Shown piece after piece: positions 8,067 to 18,321 of a stretch of DNA of 64,000 bases; within the stretch, counting starts at the first letter, position 1; each line of letters opens with the position of its first letter. The stretch is from contig JBMNIW010000002.1 in NCBI GenBank assembly GCA_050951325.1, positions 1-64,000 on the forward strand, read 5' to 3'. The notes under the pieces are model-generated. The model had not been told where the DNA came from. It saw nothing but the letters and a program-made list of their open reading frames with translations, and did no database searches. The position numbers and the translations under genes are program-made. Origin of the DNA: Clostridia bacterium. GTDB lineage: Bacteria; Bacillota; Clostridia; UBA1212; DUPL01.

Positions 8067-9242
8067 ATGAACATGAGTAAACTGCTTATCCATAACGGAA
8101 AAGTTCTTACCATAACTGGAAAAGAATACGAAAATGGGTATATTGTTTGTGAGAACGGCAAAATAGTTGAAATAGGGGATAGTTACAAAGGGGAATTTGA
8201 CGGCAAGGTGATTAATGCTCAAGGTAATATTGTCATGCCTGGTTTTATAGATCCTCATTGCCATGTAGGCATGTTTAATGATTCTTTGAATTTTGAAGGA
8301 AGCGATGGTAACGAGTGTACCGAGCCGGTTACACCACAGTTGAGAGCCATTGACGGAATATATCACAATGACAGATATTTTAATGAGGCATGTATGGCAG
8401 GAGTAACTACAGTGGTTACAGGTCCTGGCAGTGCGAATGTTTTCGGAGGACAGTTTGCTGCATTAAAAACTCATGGTTCCTGTGTTGACGACATGATCTT
8501 GAAGGCTCCTGTTGCCATGAAGGCTGCTTTGGGCGAGAACCCCAAAACCGTATACAATGCAAGCCACAAAATGCCTACAACAAGAATGGCTACTGCTTCT
8601 CTTATGAGACAGGTACTAATTGAAGCAAAAGAGTATCTCGAGAAAAAAGAAAAGCATGAAAAGGATCCTGAGAAGAATGATTTGCCTTCGTTTGACATGA
8701 AACTTGAGGCATTGGTTCCTGTTTTAAAGGGCGAACTCATACTTAAGATTCATGCTCACAGAGCAGATGACATTGCTACTGCCATCAGGATTAAGAATGA
8801 GTTTAATCTGAATATTACTGTGGATCATTGTACTGAAGGATATCTTGTTGCTGACCTGCTTAAGAGAAATGAAATGCCAGTAATATGCGGTCCAATTGTT
8901 TCTGACAGGTCAAAACCTGAACTGCGCAATATGATTGATGAGAATGCAAAAATACTTTGTGAAAAAGGGCTGGATGTGGCAATTATGACGGATCACCCCG
9001 TAACGCCAATCAAGTATCTTTCATTCTGTGCAATGGTGGCACACAAGGCGGGTTTAAGCAGAGAAGTTGCTCTAAAAGCAATCACCATCAATGCAGCGAA
9101 GGTTAACGGTATAGACGATAGGGTAGGAAGTCTTGAGGTAGGTAAAGACGCTGACATAATTATTCTTTCAGGTGATCCCTTGGACTTCATGACCAGGGTA
9201 ACAACAACAATAATCAACGGAGAAGTGGTGTTTAGTGCCTAG
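8067..9242 (+). CDS. metal-dependent amidohydrolase (imidazolonepropionase-like)
   Basis: PGFIDPHCH, HAHRADD, DHCTEG, MTDHP, GSLEVGKDAD. Confidence 0.9.
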   Translation: MNMSKLLIHNGKVLTITGKEYENGYIVCENGKIVEIGDSYKGEFDGKVINAQGNIVMPGFIDPHCHVGMFNDSLNFEGSDGNECTEPVTPQLRAIDGIYHNDRYFNEACMAGVTTVVTGPGSANVFGGQFAALKTHGSCVDDMILKAPVAMKAALGENPKTVYNASHKMPTTRMATASLMRQVLIEAKEYLEKKEKHEKDPEKNDLPSFDMKLEALVPVLKGELILKIHAHRADDIATAIRIKNEFNLNITVDHCTEGYLVADLLKRNEMPVICGPIVSDRSKPELRNMIDENAKILCEKGLDVAIMTDHPVTPIKYLSFCAMVAHKAGLSREVALKAITINAAKVNGIDDRVGSLEVGKDADIIILSGDPLDFMTRVTTTIINGEVVFSA

Positions 9243-9699
9243 TTTTTCGTTAATAACGAATTCATCAGAAGAAACGTTTGAAATTGCCTTTAAACTGGGC
9301 AAAATGCTTGCAAAAGGGGAGGTTGTAACGCTGGACGGAAATCTTGGTGCCGGCAAGACATTGTTCACCCAAGGGCTTGCAAGAGCCCTTGGTATAACCG
9401 AACCTGTTACTAGCCCTACTTTTGCAATCTTAAACATATACACTACAGGCGATGTACCGTTATATCATTTCGACGTATATAGGATTTCCTCATACGATGA
9501 ACTTGTGGAAATAGGGTATGAAGAATACAATCAGGGTGACGGTATAATTGTGATTGAATGGGCAAAAAACATACCCGAGCTTGAATATGAGGAAAGACTT
9601 GTGAAGATTGACATAGAGAGACTGGATGGCGTGTCCGAGAATACAAGGAGAATCACCATAAAAACGTACGAAGGGAAAGAATTAACTTGCTTATACTGA
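9235..9699 (+). CDS. tsaE: tRNA t6A biosynthesis ATPase TsaE
   Basis: GNLGAGKT, VTSPTF, YHFDVYR, VIEW. Confidence 0.95.
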   Translation: MPSFSLITNSSEETFEIAFKLGKMLAKGEVVTLDGNLGAGKTLFTQGLARALGITEPVTSPTFAILNIYTTGDVPLYHFDVYRISSYDELVEIGYEEYNQGDGIIVIEWAKNIPELEYEERLVKIDIERLDGVSENTRRITIKTYEGKELTCLY

Positions 9700-10382
9700 C
9701 AATTGATACATCCTGCAGCCAGATGGGGGTATCTTTGAACGAGGATAACATAATATTGGCTGAAGAGACCATTAACAACAAGAAAACACATTCAGTAAAG
9801 CTCATGCCTGCAGTCGACAACGTTCTTACTGCGTCTAACAAGGTAATTGACGATGTGGATTTGTTTGCGGTCGTAAACGGTCCTGGTTCTTTTACCGGGC
9901 TTAGAATTGGGGTATCCACTGCAAAAGCTTTTGCATATACTTTGGACAAACCGGTTATTGGTGTGAATACTCTTGATTATCTGGCAAGAAGTGCTGCCAA
10001 TTACAAGGGTTTGATTTGTCCGATAATTGATGCAAGAAATGATTTTGTTTTCTTTTCCTTATACAGGGGAAACGAAAGGATCTATGACTACAAGGTTGAT
10101 AAGGTGGAGTGGCTTTTTTCCTTGCTTGAGGACTTTGATGAAGAGGTAATGTTTACAGGCGATGGAGTTTTGGTGCACAGAGAGACCCTTAAACTCAAAT
10201 TGGGTGAGAAGTATAAAGAGAATGCGTATCCTTTGCTTCTTGGCAAGCCTTCTTTCATCGCTGATATTGCAAGAGAAAAGTATGAAAGCGGTCAGGTTGA
10301 CAGCGATATAGAGGTTTATTACATGAGAAAGTCACAGGCTGAGAGAATGAAGGAAGAGAAGGCTGGAAAAGCATGCAAATAG
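9687..10382 (+). CDS. tsaB: tRNA t6A biosynthesis protein TsaB
   Basis: IDTS, HSVKLMP, GPGSFTGLRIG, IDAR. Confidence 0.95.
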   Translation: MLILTIDTSCSQMGVSLNEDNIILAEETINNKKTHSVKLMPAVDNVLTASNKVIDDVDLFAVVNGPGSFTGLRIGVSTAKAFAYTLDKPVIGVNTLDYLARSAANYKGLICPIIDARNDFVFFSLYRGNERIYDYKVDKVEWLFSLLEDFDEEVMFTGDGVLVHRETLKLKLGEKYKENAYPLLLGKPSFIADIAREKYESGQVDSDIEVYYMRKSQAERMKEEKAGKACK

Positions 10383-10819
10383 TTCCTATGCAGAAAAAGC
10401 ATCTTAAGAATGTAATGGCTATTGAAAAAGAGTCTTTTGGAATTGACAGCTGGTCATTGCAATTTTTTCAGTCGGAATTGAAATCCAAACTCTCCCACTA
10501 TATCTGTGTGATTGACAAGGATAACAAAATAGCAGGTTATGCAGGATGCAGAATGCTTTTTGAAGATGCAGAGATAGTAAATATTTGTGTTGCCCCACCA
10601 TATAGAAAGCTTGGGATAGGCAAGATGATGATGAGATACTTTATCGATATGTGGATTGACAGAAAGATACAGCGTGCTTATCTTGAGGTGAGGGTAGGGA
10701 ACAATGTGGCCATAAACCTCTACAAAAAGTTTGGTTTTGAAACCATATCTACAAGAAAAGGATATTACAAAGACGGCGAAGACGCTTATGTTATGCTACT
10801 TGATATTAACAAACTGTAA
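10373..10819 (+). CDS. rimI: ribosomal protein S18 alanine N-acetyltransferase
   Basis: GNAT motif YRKLGIG, LEVR..N..AI.LY...GF, RKGYY..GEDA; synteny with tsaEB. Confidence 0.9.
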   Translation: MQIVPMQKKHLKNVMAIEKESFGIDSWSLQFFQSELKSKLSHYICVIDKDNKIAGYAGCRMLFEDAEIVNICVAPPYRKLGIGKMMMRYFIDMWIDRKIQRAYLEVRVGNNVAINLYKKFGFETISTRKGYYKDGEDAYVMLLDINKL

Positions 10820-10836
10820 AACGGATGATAGCCATA

Positions 10837-10865
10837 TTGAATTTTAACATTAGAATATATATAAT
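10837..10865 (+). promoter_or_regulatory. sigma-A promoter for the GGGtGRT operon
   Basis: TTGAAT-17nt-TATAAT. Confidence 0.6.
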
Positions 10866-10900
10866 TAACAGGATACAAATTGAAAGGAGCTTTAGTTCTT

Positions 10901-11593
10901 ATGAATTATTCACACGAAGTTATCAATATGAAGTGTATAAAGCAAGGGCCTAATCACGGACCTGCACCAATTCCTCAAGAAGGTAATTGGACAAAAGCAA
11001 AAGAAATCAAAGATATTTCCGGTTTGTCACACGGTGTCGGCTGGTGTGCACCACAACAGGGATCATGCAAGTTGACTTTGAATGTCAAGAATGGAATCAT
11101 TGAAGAAGCCTTGGTTGAAACAATTGGCTGTTCCGGCATGACACACTCAGCTGCAATGGCTGCTGAAATACTTGGTGGCAAGACTATTCTTGAAGCGCTG
11201 AATACAGACCTTGTATGCGATGCCATCAACGTGGCAATGAGGGAAATCTTCCTACAGCTTGTTTACGGAAGAACCCAATCCGCATTCTCAGACGATGGGT
11301 TGCCAATAGGCGCAGGTCTTGAAGATCTGGGTAAAGGGCTTCGTTCCCAGGTAGGTACCATGTATGGAACTAAAGAAAAAGGTGTTCGCTATTTAGAAAT
11401 GGCTGAGGGCTATGTGCTTGAACTTGGTCTGGACGAAAACGATGAAGTAATTGGTTACAAGTTTGTGCACCTCGGAAAAATGATGGAAGCTATCAGAAAC
11501 GGTGTTGATCCAAAAGAGGCATATGAAAAGAATATCGGTACATATGGCAGATACGATGACAGCGTCAAATTTATAGATCCTAGGAAGGAATAA
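10901..11593 (+). CDS. IscU/NifU-like scaffold protein associated with GGGtGRT proteins
   Basis: GWCAPQQG, TIGCSGMTHSA, LVCDA with IscU-like Cys spacing; directly upstream of GGGtGRT gene. Confidence 0.85.
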   Translation: MNYSHEVINMKCIKQGPNHGPAPIPQEGNWTKAKEIKDISGLSHGVGWCAPQQGSCKLTLNVKNGIIEEALVETIGCSGMTHSAAMAAEILGGKTILEALNTDLVCDAINVAMREIFLQLVYGRTQSAFSDDGLPIGAGLEDLGKGLRSQVGTMYGTKEKGVRYLEMAEGYVLELGLDENDEVIGYKFVHLGKMMEAIRNGVDPKEAYEKNIGTYGRYDDSVKFIDPRKE

Positions 11594-11607
11594 TGGGGGT
11601 GCATGAA

Positions 11608-12606
11608 ATGGTTAGATTTGAAGGTTACGATAGAAGAATAGATACTATTAACAAAGTTGTTAAGGAATATGGTTTCAATTCCTTGGAGGAAGCAAGAGAG
11701 CTTTGCCTTTCCAAAGGTGTGGATGTTGATAAGATTGTAAAAGGTGTACAACCTATAGCTTTTGAAAACGCTGTATGGGCATACACATTGGGTTGCGCAA
11801 TTGCATTCAAAAAGGGTGTTAATACAGCTGCTGAAGCAGCTGAGGCTATAGGATTAGGCTTGCAGGCATTCTGCATACCAGGGTCTGTTGCGGATTCAAG
11901 AGAAGTTGGTCTAGGACACGGTAATCTTGGAGCAATGCTTCTGAGAGAAGAAACCGAGTGCTTCTGCTTCCTGGCAGGTCATGAGTCTTTTGCAGCTGCG
12001 GAAGGTGCTATTGGTATTGCAAGAACGGCAAACCAGGTTAGAACAAAGCCTCTCAGGGTCATCCTTAACGGCCTTGGAAAGGATGCAGCTTACATTATCT
12101 CAAGAATCAACGGCTTTACCTATGTAAAGACTGATTATGACTTCAAAACCCGTGAACTTAAGGTTTTGGAGACAAGAAGTTTTTCAAATGGTGAGAGAGC
12201 CAATGTTAAAGTATATGGCGCCAATGACGTTGATGAAGGTGTTGCCATTATGAAACATGAGGGCGTTGACGTATCCATCACGGGTAACTCAACCAACCCA
12301 ACAAGATTCCAGCACCTTGTTGCAGGCGCATACAAGAAATGGTCAACTGAACACGGAAAAAGATATTTCTCCGTTGCATCAGGAGGCGGTACTGGAAGAA
12401 CATTGCATCCTGACAACATGGCGGCAGGTCCTGCATCCTATGGTCTGACTGACTCGATGGGTAGAATGCATGGTGATGCTCAGTTTGCAGGCTCATCCTC
12501 AGTTCCAGCTCACGTTGAAATGATGGGCTTGATTGGAATGGGCAACAACCCAATGGTTGGTGCTACTGTTGCATGTGCTGTCGCAATTTACAAAGTGCTT
12601 GACTAG
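11608..12606 (+). CDS. GGGtGRT family protein
   Basis: Signature SGGGTGRTLHPD; GHESFAAAEG, GNSTNPTRF. Confidence 0.92.
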   Translation: MVRFEGYDRRIDTINKVVKEYGFNSLEEARELCLSKGVDVDKIVKGVQPIAFENAVWAYTLGCAIAFKKGVNTAAEAAEAIGLGLQAFCIPGSVADSREVGLGHGNLGAMLLREETECFCFLAGHESFAAAEGAIGIARTANQVRTKPLRVILNGLGKDAAYIISRINGFTYVKTDYDFKTRELKVLETRSFSNGERANVKVYGANDVDEGVAIMKHEGVDVSITGNSTNPTRFQHLVAGAYKKWSTEHGKRYFSVASGGGTGRTLHPDNMAAGPASYGLTDSMGRMHGDAQFAGSSSVPAHVEMMGLIGMGNNPMVGATVACAVAIYKVLD

Positions 12607-12622
12607 TCTTTTACTGATTATT

Positions 12623-12654
12623 GACGGAGGGAACTTGTGTCCCTCCGCCTTTTT
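12623..12654 (+). terminator. intrinsic terminator
   Basis: GACGGAGGG...CCCTCCGCC-TTTTT. Confidence 0.75.
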
Positions 12655-12670
12655 ATAGGTGGTGTGGGGT

Positions 12671-13510
12671 ATGAATATTGATTGCAGGGAAGCAAGGAAT
12701 AGTTTAAAACATGCATCCAGAATTGTAATAAAAATTGGGACATCTTCTTTAGTACATTCAAACGGCAGGATTAATTTCAGGAGAATTGGCATACTTGCAA
12801 GAGTTATTGCAGATCTTATGAACCAGGACAAGGAAGTTGTTCTGGTGTCTTCCGGTGCAATAGGTATTGGTGTAAGCAAGTTGAAGTTGAAGGAAAGACC
12901 AAAAACCATTGCAGAAAAGCAGGCAGTTGCTGCAGTAGGTCAATCCAGCCTTATGCAGGTGTACAGTCAGATATTTTCTGAGTATGGGCATGCTGTTGCT
13001 CAGATTCTGCTGACAAAGGATGTTATTGATAGATCATGTATGAAAGCAAATGCTATAAATACATTTGAACAATTGGCGAAAATGAAGATTCTGCCTATTG
13101 TAAATGAGAATGACACCGTTGCCATTGACGAAATTAAGTTTGGCGACAATGACAATTTATCTTATTTGGTTGCCAAACTTATAAAAGCTGATCTTCTTAT
13201 TATCCTTACGGATATAGATGGATATTACAACAAGAATCCGCACGAGAACCCGGATGCGATTCTTTATCATAACATCACGGATCTTTCTGAGAAAATTGAA
13301 GAGGCTGCAGGAGGTGCCGGCGAGCACGGAACAGGAGGCATGCTAACAAAGGTACATGCATGCAGACTTGCAGCTGAAAGCGGAATTAATGCAATAATTG
13401 CAAATGGAAACAACCCCGAGATAATCTACAGGTTATTGGAGGGTGAGGATTTAGGTACCTTGTTTGTTAGGAAGGAGGTTTGCGATAATGAATGTTCAGG
13501 AGTATGTTAA
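12671..13510 (+). CDS. proB: glutamate 5-kinase (no PUA domain)
   Basis: VIKIGTSS, VSSGAI, NENDTV, FGDND, GTGGMLTK. Confidence 0.95.
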   Translation: MNIDCREARNSLKHASRIVIKIGTSSLVHSNGRINFRRIGILARVIADLMNQDKEVVLVSSGAIGIGVSKLKLKERPKTIAEKQAVAAVGQSSLMQVYSQIFSEYGHAVAQILLTKDVIDRSCMKANAINTFEQLAKMKILPIVNENDTVAIDEIKFGDNDNLSYLVAKLIKADLLIILTDIDGYYNKNPHENPDAILYHNITDLSEKIEEAAGGAGEHGTGGMLTKVHACRLAAESGINAIIANGNNPEIIYRLLEGEDLGTLFVRKEVCDNECSGVC

Positions 13511-14755
13511 GGATTATGGTAGACGCGCAAAAAGCGCATCCCGTGTTCTTGCAGTGACCGATACCGTAAAGAAGAACAGGGCATTGGAGCTGGCTGCAAA
13601 AAAGATTAAAGAGAACAGGGATTATCTCATCAAGGAAAATGAAAAGGATATTGAATTTGCTGTTAATAATGGCATATCATCAGCCATGGTAGACAGATTG
13701 AGACTTACCGACAAGAGGATTGATGATATGGCTGCAGGACTTCTCCAGCTTGGCCAATCTGCCGGATCCAATAGGGGAAGTGATCCATGGCACAGTCAGG
13801 CCGAACGGGCTTGAAATACTCAAAAAGAGGGTGCCTCTAGGCGTAATTGGCATAATATATGAGTCGAGGCCCAACGTAACAGCAGATGCGGCAGGTTTGT
13901 GTGTCAAGTCCGGCAACGCATGCATATTGAGGGGTGGCAGTGAGGCTGTCAACTCAAACCTGGCCATAGCCAAGCTTTTTAGGGAAGCATTAAAGGAGGC
14001 CGGACTTCCTGAAGATTGCGTAACCCTTATAGACAATACGGACAGGGCAATAGTTAATGCTCTTATGAAGCTTGAATAAATATGTGGATGTCCTCATACC
14101 AAGAGGCGGAAAAGGTCTGATAAATAATGTGGTTATGAATTCTACAGTATCAGTAATACAGACTGGTGAGGGCATATGCCATCTTTATGTGGATTGTGAT
14201 GCTGATTTGGACATGGCTTTGAAAGTCACAATGAATGCAAAGATACAAAGGCCATCGGTTTGCAATGCGATCGAAACCCTGCTTGTTTCAAAAGCTGTTG
14301 CAGACAAGTTCCTGCCTGTGGTTGTGAAAGAACTTATGGAGAAGAATGTGGAAGTAAGGGTGTGCAGTGTATCCAAGGCAATACTAGGTAATGTTGACGG
14401 TGTAAAAGACGCTGATGACAGCGATTGGGATACTGAGTACAATGACCTTGTACTCTCCATAAAGACAGTTGATGGCATAGATGAGGCAATTGAACATATC
14501 AACACTCATGGCACAATGCATTCAGAATCGATTATTACAAAATCCTATGACAAGGCACGTAAATTCCAGAATGAAGTTGATGCATCCAGCGTTTATGTAA
14601 ACTGCTCTACAAGATTTACAGACGGCTTTGAGTTTGGTTTGGGTGCAGAGATTGGAATAAGCAATCAAAAGCTTCATGCAAGAGGTCCAATGGGCCTTTA
14701 TGAACTAACCACGGTGAAATACCTGATAAATGGGAACGGACAGGTTAGAGAGTAA
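13488..14755 (+). CDS. proA: gamma-glutamyl phosphate reductase, split by two +1 indels (~13752, ~14072)
   Basis: Three consecutive ORFs give [60 protein letters not shown]. Confidence 0.92.
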
Positions 14756-14760
14756 ATCAA

Positions 14761-14791
14761 AACGGACGCTGACTTAAAGTCAACGTCCGTT
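14761..14791. terminator. bidirectional terminator between proA and the PBP gene
   Basis: AACGGACGCTGAC-TTAAA-GTCAACGTCCGTT. Confidence 0.75.
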
Positions 14792-14795
14792 ATTG

Positions 14796-16937
14796 TTATC
14801 TTAAAGGATCGTGATAAGTGCAAACTTCGGTAGGTTCTGTTCCTCGTATGAACATCTCATCTTTCACGACTCGATTTGCGGCATAACAACCGCTGTGAGG
14901 TATTCCTCCTGACATGTTGCATATGTCCATATACACAAGGTCTGGGGAAGTTTCAAATGGAATTGCTTCAAGGTCTGCATGTATCTTGGACATTACAGTA
15001 CCAAAAAGTCTTGCGGCACTTCCGTATTCACTTGCAGTTATGGACTTCATGTTGTCGTATCCGTACCATACTGCAGCTGTGTAGTATGGTGTATATCCGC
15101 AGAACCAGTAGTCGTAGTTTTTGTTGGTTGTACCGGTTTTGCCTGCGGTAGGAATCTTTTCTCCCTTGTTATTGTAAACCTGTGCACGACCGCCGGTACC
15201 TTGATAGTCGGTTATGACATGATTAAGAATCGATGTCATGATATATGGGGTCTTGTCATCTTCAAATACTATATGCGATTTCTGCGTCTTGTTAATAATC
15301 ACATTGCCGTTTCTATCTACAACCTTTGTATATGTTATTGGTTCAATATACATGCCGCTGTTGGCAAAGGCGGAATATGCGGCAGCCATCTGCAGTGGAG
15401 TAACTCCTCGTGAGAAACCGCCAAGACCTGCAGCCAGCTGGGTTTCTTCTGTTCTGTCTATGCCAAGCTTCTTCAGATAGTTTAACCCCAGTGTAACATT
15501 GTCTTTGTACAAAAGTATTGCACATATGTTTGAGGACCTTACAAGGGCTTTTCTTGCCGTAATCAGACCTGCGTGCCAGCCGCCTGAGTTGGTGGGCCAG
15601 GGAACGTCAGGCCTTTGTGGGTCAAGGAATACTTCCTTGTCCTCAAGGACTGTGCCGGTAGTAATTATATGTTTATCAATCTGAGGTCCATATATAAGTA
15701 AGGGTTTTATAGCGGAACCAGGTTGCCTATATGCACTAGTAGCCCTGTTGAAGGTGAGATTCTTGTTCTTTTCACCGTATCCGCCATAAATGGCAATGAC
15801 ATGGCCAGCTCTTGGATCCATTACAACAATGGCAGATTGGGCCTGGGCTTCCGGGTCCAATATGGTTTCGTTGATGGGGAAGTTCTCAATCTTACAGTAT
15901 TCTTCCTCAACAATTTTTTGTATCTTTGTATTCTGAGTGGTGTAAATATGGACTCCGGTATTGTAAATAATATTTGTGGCTTGTTTTCTGGTATAGCCCA
16001 TGGCAATCAGGTCATTCCTGATGTCTGTAATAACGGTGTCTACAAAATAGGAGTGCCTGGAGTTGGCGCTGGCCTCCTTTCTGTAGTCTTCATTAAATAC
16101 AAGCTCTGTCTGAATTGCTTCAATATATTCCTCGTCAGTGATAAAATCCAGCTTGAGCATCTGATCGAGAATAATAACCTGTCGCTTGTATGCGTTTTCG
16201 CGGCCCAGTGTAGTAAGTGGGTTGTATTTGCCTGGGTTGTTTGTTATTCCGGCAAGAAACGCACATTCAGCCAGATTAAGCTCGGTAATGTCTTTTTCGA
16301 AATATGCTTTGGCAGCGGTTTTAACACCATACAGATCGTGTCCCATGTAAATGATGTTTATATACAGCTCAAGTATCTCGTCCTTGCTGAGATCCTTTTC
16401 AAGCTGGTATGCACGCCATTGCTCGCGTATTTTTCTTGGAACGCTTCTGGCGTCATCACCTGTAATGGTTTTGACCATCTGCTGGGTTATCGTACTGCCT
16501 CCATGACTGGACATGCCTGGTATGAAATATCCAAGGAACGCACCTACTGTTCTTTTCACGTCAACGCCAGGATGGGTGTAGAACCTTTCATCTTCTATGG
16601 CTATAAAGGCATTCAGCAGGTGCTTTGGTACAACCTCAATATCCACTTCGGATCTGTTTATGTTGTCAGAACCCTTAAGTTCCGCAATTACATTGCCATC
16701 TGCATCATAGATATATGATGTGAAGCCGGTAATATATAAATCTTCTTCGTCCAAAGTGTCGGTTGTAATTATGCAACCTGCAACAACGCCAATCAAAAGA
16801 CCACCCAGCACGCATGCTATGACAAGCGCCATTGCTATCGTAGTCTTTATAGCCACTGACAAAGTCTTCAAGAATGCCTTGGCAACTTTCGGTGTCTTCT
16901 TTTCATTTTTATTTACTTTCTTGCTTTTCTTTTGCAT
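14796..16937 (-). CDS. class A penicillin-binding protein (PBP1A family)
   Basis: EDERFYTHPG, GGSTITQQ, RKIRE transglycosylase motifs; GSAIK, SSN, KTG transpeptidase motifs; N-terminal TM. Confidence 0.95.
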   Translation of the reverse strand: MQKKSKKVNKNEKKTPKVAKAFLKTLSVAIKTTIAMALVIACVLGGLLIGVVAGCIITTDTLDEEDLYITGFTSYIYDADGNVIAELKGSDNINRSEVDIEVVPKHLLNAFIAIEDERFYTHPGVDVKRTVGAFLGYFIPGMSSHGGSTITQQMVKTITGDDARSVPRKIREQWRAYQLEKDLSKDEILELYINIIYMGHDLYGVKTAAKAYFEKDITELNLAECAFLAGITNNPGKYNPLTTLGRENAYKRQVIILDQMLKLDFITDEEYIEAIQTELVFNEDYRKEASANSRHSYFVDTVITDIRNDLIAMGYTRKQATNIIYNTGVHIYTTQNTKIQKIVEEEYCKIENFPINETILDPEAQAQSAIVVMDPRAGHVIAIYGGYGEKNKNLTFNRATSAYRQPGSAIKPLLIYGPQIDKHIITTGTVLEDKEVFLDPQRPDVPWPTNSGGWHAGLITARKALVRSSNICAILLYKDNVTLGLNYLKKLGIDRTEETQLAAGLGGFSRGVTPLQMAAAYSAFANSGMYIEPITYTKVVDRNGNVIINKTQKSHIVFEDDKTPYIMTSILNHVITDYQGTGGRAQVYNNKGEKIPTAGKTGTTNKNYDYWFCGYTPYYTAAVWYGYDNMKSITASEYGSAARLFGTVMSKIHADLEAIPFETSPDLVYMDICNMSGGIPHSGCYAANRVVKDEMFIRGTEPTEVCTYHDPLR

Positions 16938-17068
16938 AACATGCATCCTCTTTCGAGTTAATAGCAGACTTGTTTCTGCTATATAATTATAGCAAAAAAC
17001 CATAAAAAAGCAATTAACAGAAAGATAATTACTTATTACATACAGTATTCACACAATTTCGCCCAAAT

Positions 17069-17095
17069 GTATATCATAATATTAGTATGATATAC
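17069..17095. promoter_or_regulatory. perfect 10-bp inverted repeat, candidate operator
   Basis: GTATATCATA-7nt-TATGATATAC just upstream of the RBS of the 17107 ORF. Confidence 0.4.
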
Positions 17096-17106
17096 GGGGT
17101 GTTAAT

Positions 17107-17247
17107 ATGTCATCAAAACTAAACAGAATTGCATATAGACGATATAAAAGGGAAATAACAAGACCGTATATTAAGACTGTTGCAAGGATAATTCTTATTC
17201 CTGCTATTTCATTGCTTACTCTTTATATCCTTTACATTATTGATTGA
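17107..17247 (+). CDS. small single-pass membrane protein (46 aa), not in ORF track
   Basis: RBS GGGGTG; MSSKLNRIAYRRYKREITRPYIKTVAR-IILIPAISLLTLYILYII-D; followed by terminator. Confidence 0.6.
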   Translation: MSSKLNRIAYRRYKREITRPYIKTVARIILIPAISLLTLYILYIID

Positions 17248-17254
17248 CAATAAT

Positions 17255-17282
17255 AATCCCACGCATTAAGCGTGGGTTTTTT
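17255..17282. terminator. terminator between the small ORF and the M23 gene
   Basis: CCCACGC-ATTAA-GCGTGGG-TTTTTT. Confidence 0.75.
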
Positions 17283-17286
17283 GATC

Positions 17287-18321
17287 TTAATTGTAATACA
17301 CGTATTCAAGTGGATTCTTTATTGTTCCATAAAGATGAATCTCAAAATGGAGATGCGGCCCTGTTGAACGGCCCGTGCTTCCAACCTGTCCAATTCTTTG
17401 TCCCTTGTTGACCACGGTACCGGTTTTGACTTCAATTTTAGACAAGTGCTTGTAATATGTTTTGTAACCGTTGCCATGATCTATGATTATATGGTTGCCG
17501 GAAGAGGAATTGAATCCTGTATAGATAACTGTTCCATAAGCCGCACTGTAAATCGGTGTGCCTGTTATGGCTCCTATGTCAATTCCATTGTGGAATCTTG
17601 TTTCTCCTGTAAAAGGATCTCTACGGTAACCAAATCTTGAGGTTAGTCTACCGGAAACAGGTCTGTAATCAGGATATCTCCTTCTATAGTCTTCTATTTT
17701 ATCCTTTTCCTTGTCAAGTTTTGCAAGTAAGTCCTGTGCCTCTTCGGAATCACCCAATGTTTGTTTAATAATCAATTTGGCTTCCTGTATCTGATTTGAT
17801 GCAGTGTACATATTTCCGGAACGGGTAATAAGTCCGCTAAAGATATCGAGATTTTTTATCATGTCAAGAATCTCTTGCAGTGCAGCGTCTTTTTCAGAGC
17901 TTATATCTTCAAAATTCTTTTCAATTTCAGATAATTCTTCTTTTTGCTTTTGAATTATTTCCATATGATCTTTTGTTTCTTGATCAAGTTTGACAATTGA
18001 ATTCGTAATGTTTTCTAGGTTGTTATTCAATTGGCTGTTCTTTTCAATCAACATCTGATTCTTCTTGTTTAGTTCGTCGACACTCATTTTTAGGTCAGAT
18101 ATGTAAAAAAGAAACCCCGATATAATTACTGCTGACGATACTACGGCATATGCAGCTGATTTCTGGGGAAATATATCTGAGAACAATAAATTGAGGTCTT
18201 TTTTGCGGTCGCTATTAACAGGGAACTTCGTAATCCCGTTTGATTCATATGTACGACTTCTGTCCTGAAGAGCTTTCTTAATAATCTTTTTGTCTGCTTT
18301 ATTTCTAGGTCTAAAGCGCAT
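17287..18321 (-). CDS. M23 family peptidoglycan endopeptidase with TM and coiled coil
   Basis: HNGID, YKHL, GSTGRSTGPHLHFE. Confidence 0.92.
   Translation of the reverse strand: MRFRPRNKADKKIIKKALQDRSRTYESNGITKFPVNSDRKKDLNLLFSDIFPQKSAAYAVVSSAVIISGFLFYISDLKMSVDELNKKNQMLIEKNSQLNNNLENITNSIVKLDQETKDHMEIIQKQKEELSEIEKNFEDISSEKDAALQEILDMIKNLDIFSGLITRSGNMYTASNQIQEAKLIIKQTLGDSEEAQDLLAKLDKEKDKIEDYRRRYPDYRPVSGRLTSRFGYRRDPFTGETRFHNGIDIGAITGTPIYSAAYGTVIYTGFNSSSGNHIIIDHGNGYKTYYKHLSKIEVKTGTVVNKGQRIGQVGSTGRSTGPHLHFEIHLYGTIKNPLEYVYYN

Noticed and set aside
13488-14755. Programmed frameshifting or true pseudogene in proA (likewise murG, iscS, rarA)
   Set aside because: No slippery heptamers or stimulatory structures; the pattern of single homopolymer indels fits sequencing error
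15723-16718. 331-aa ORF antisense to PBP1A
   Set aside because: Shadow ORF on the opposite strand of a conserved gene; no RBS or motifs
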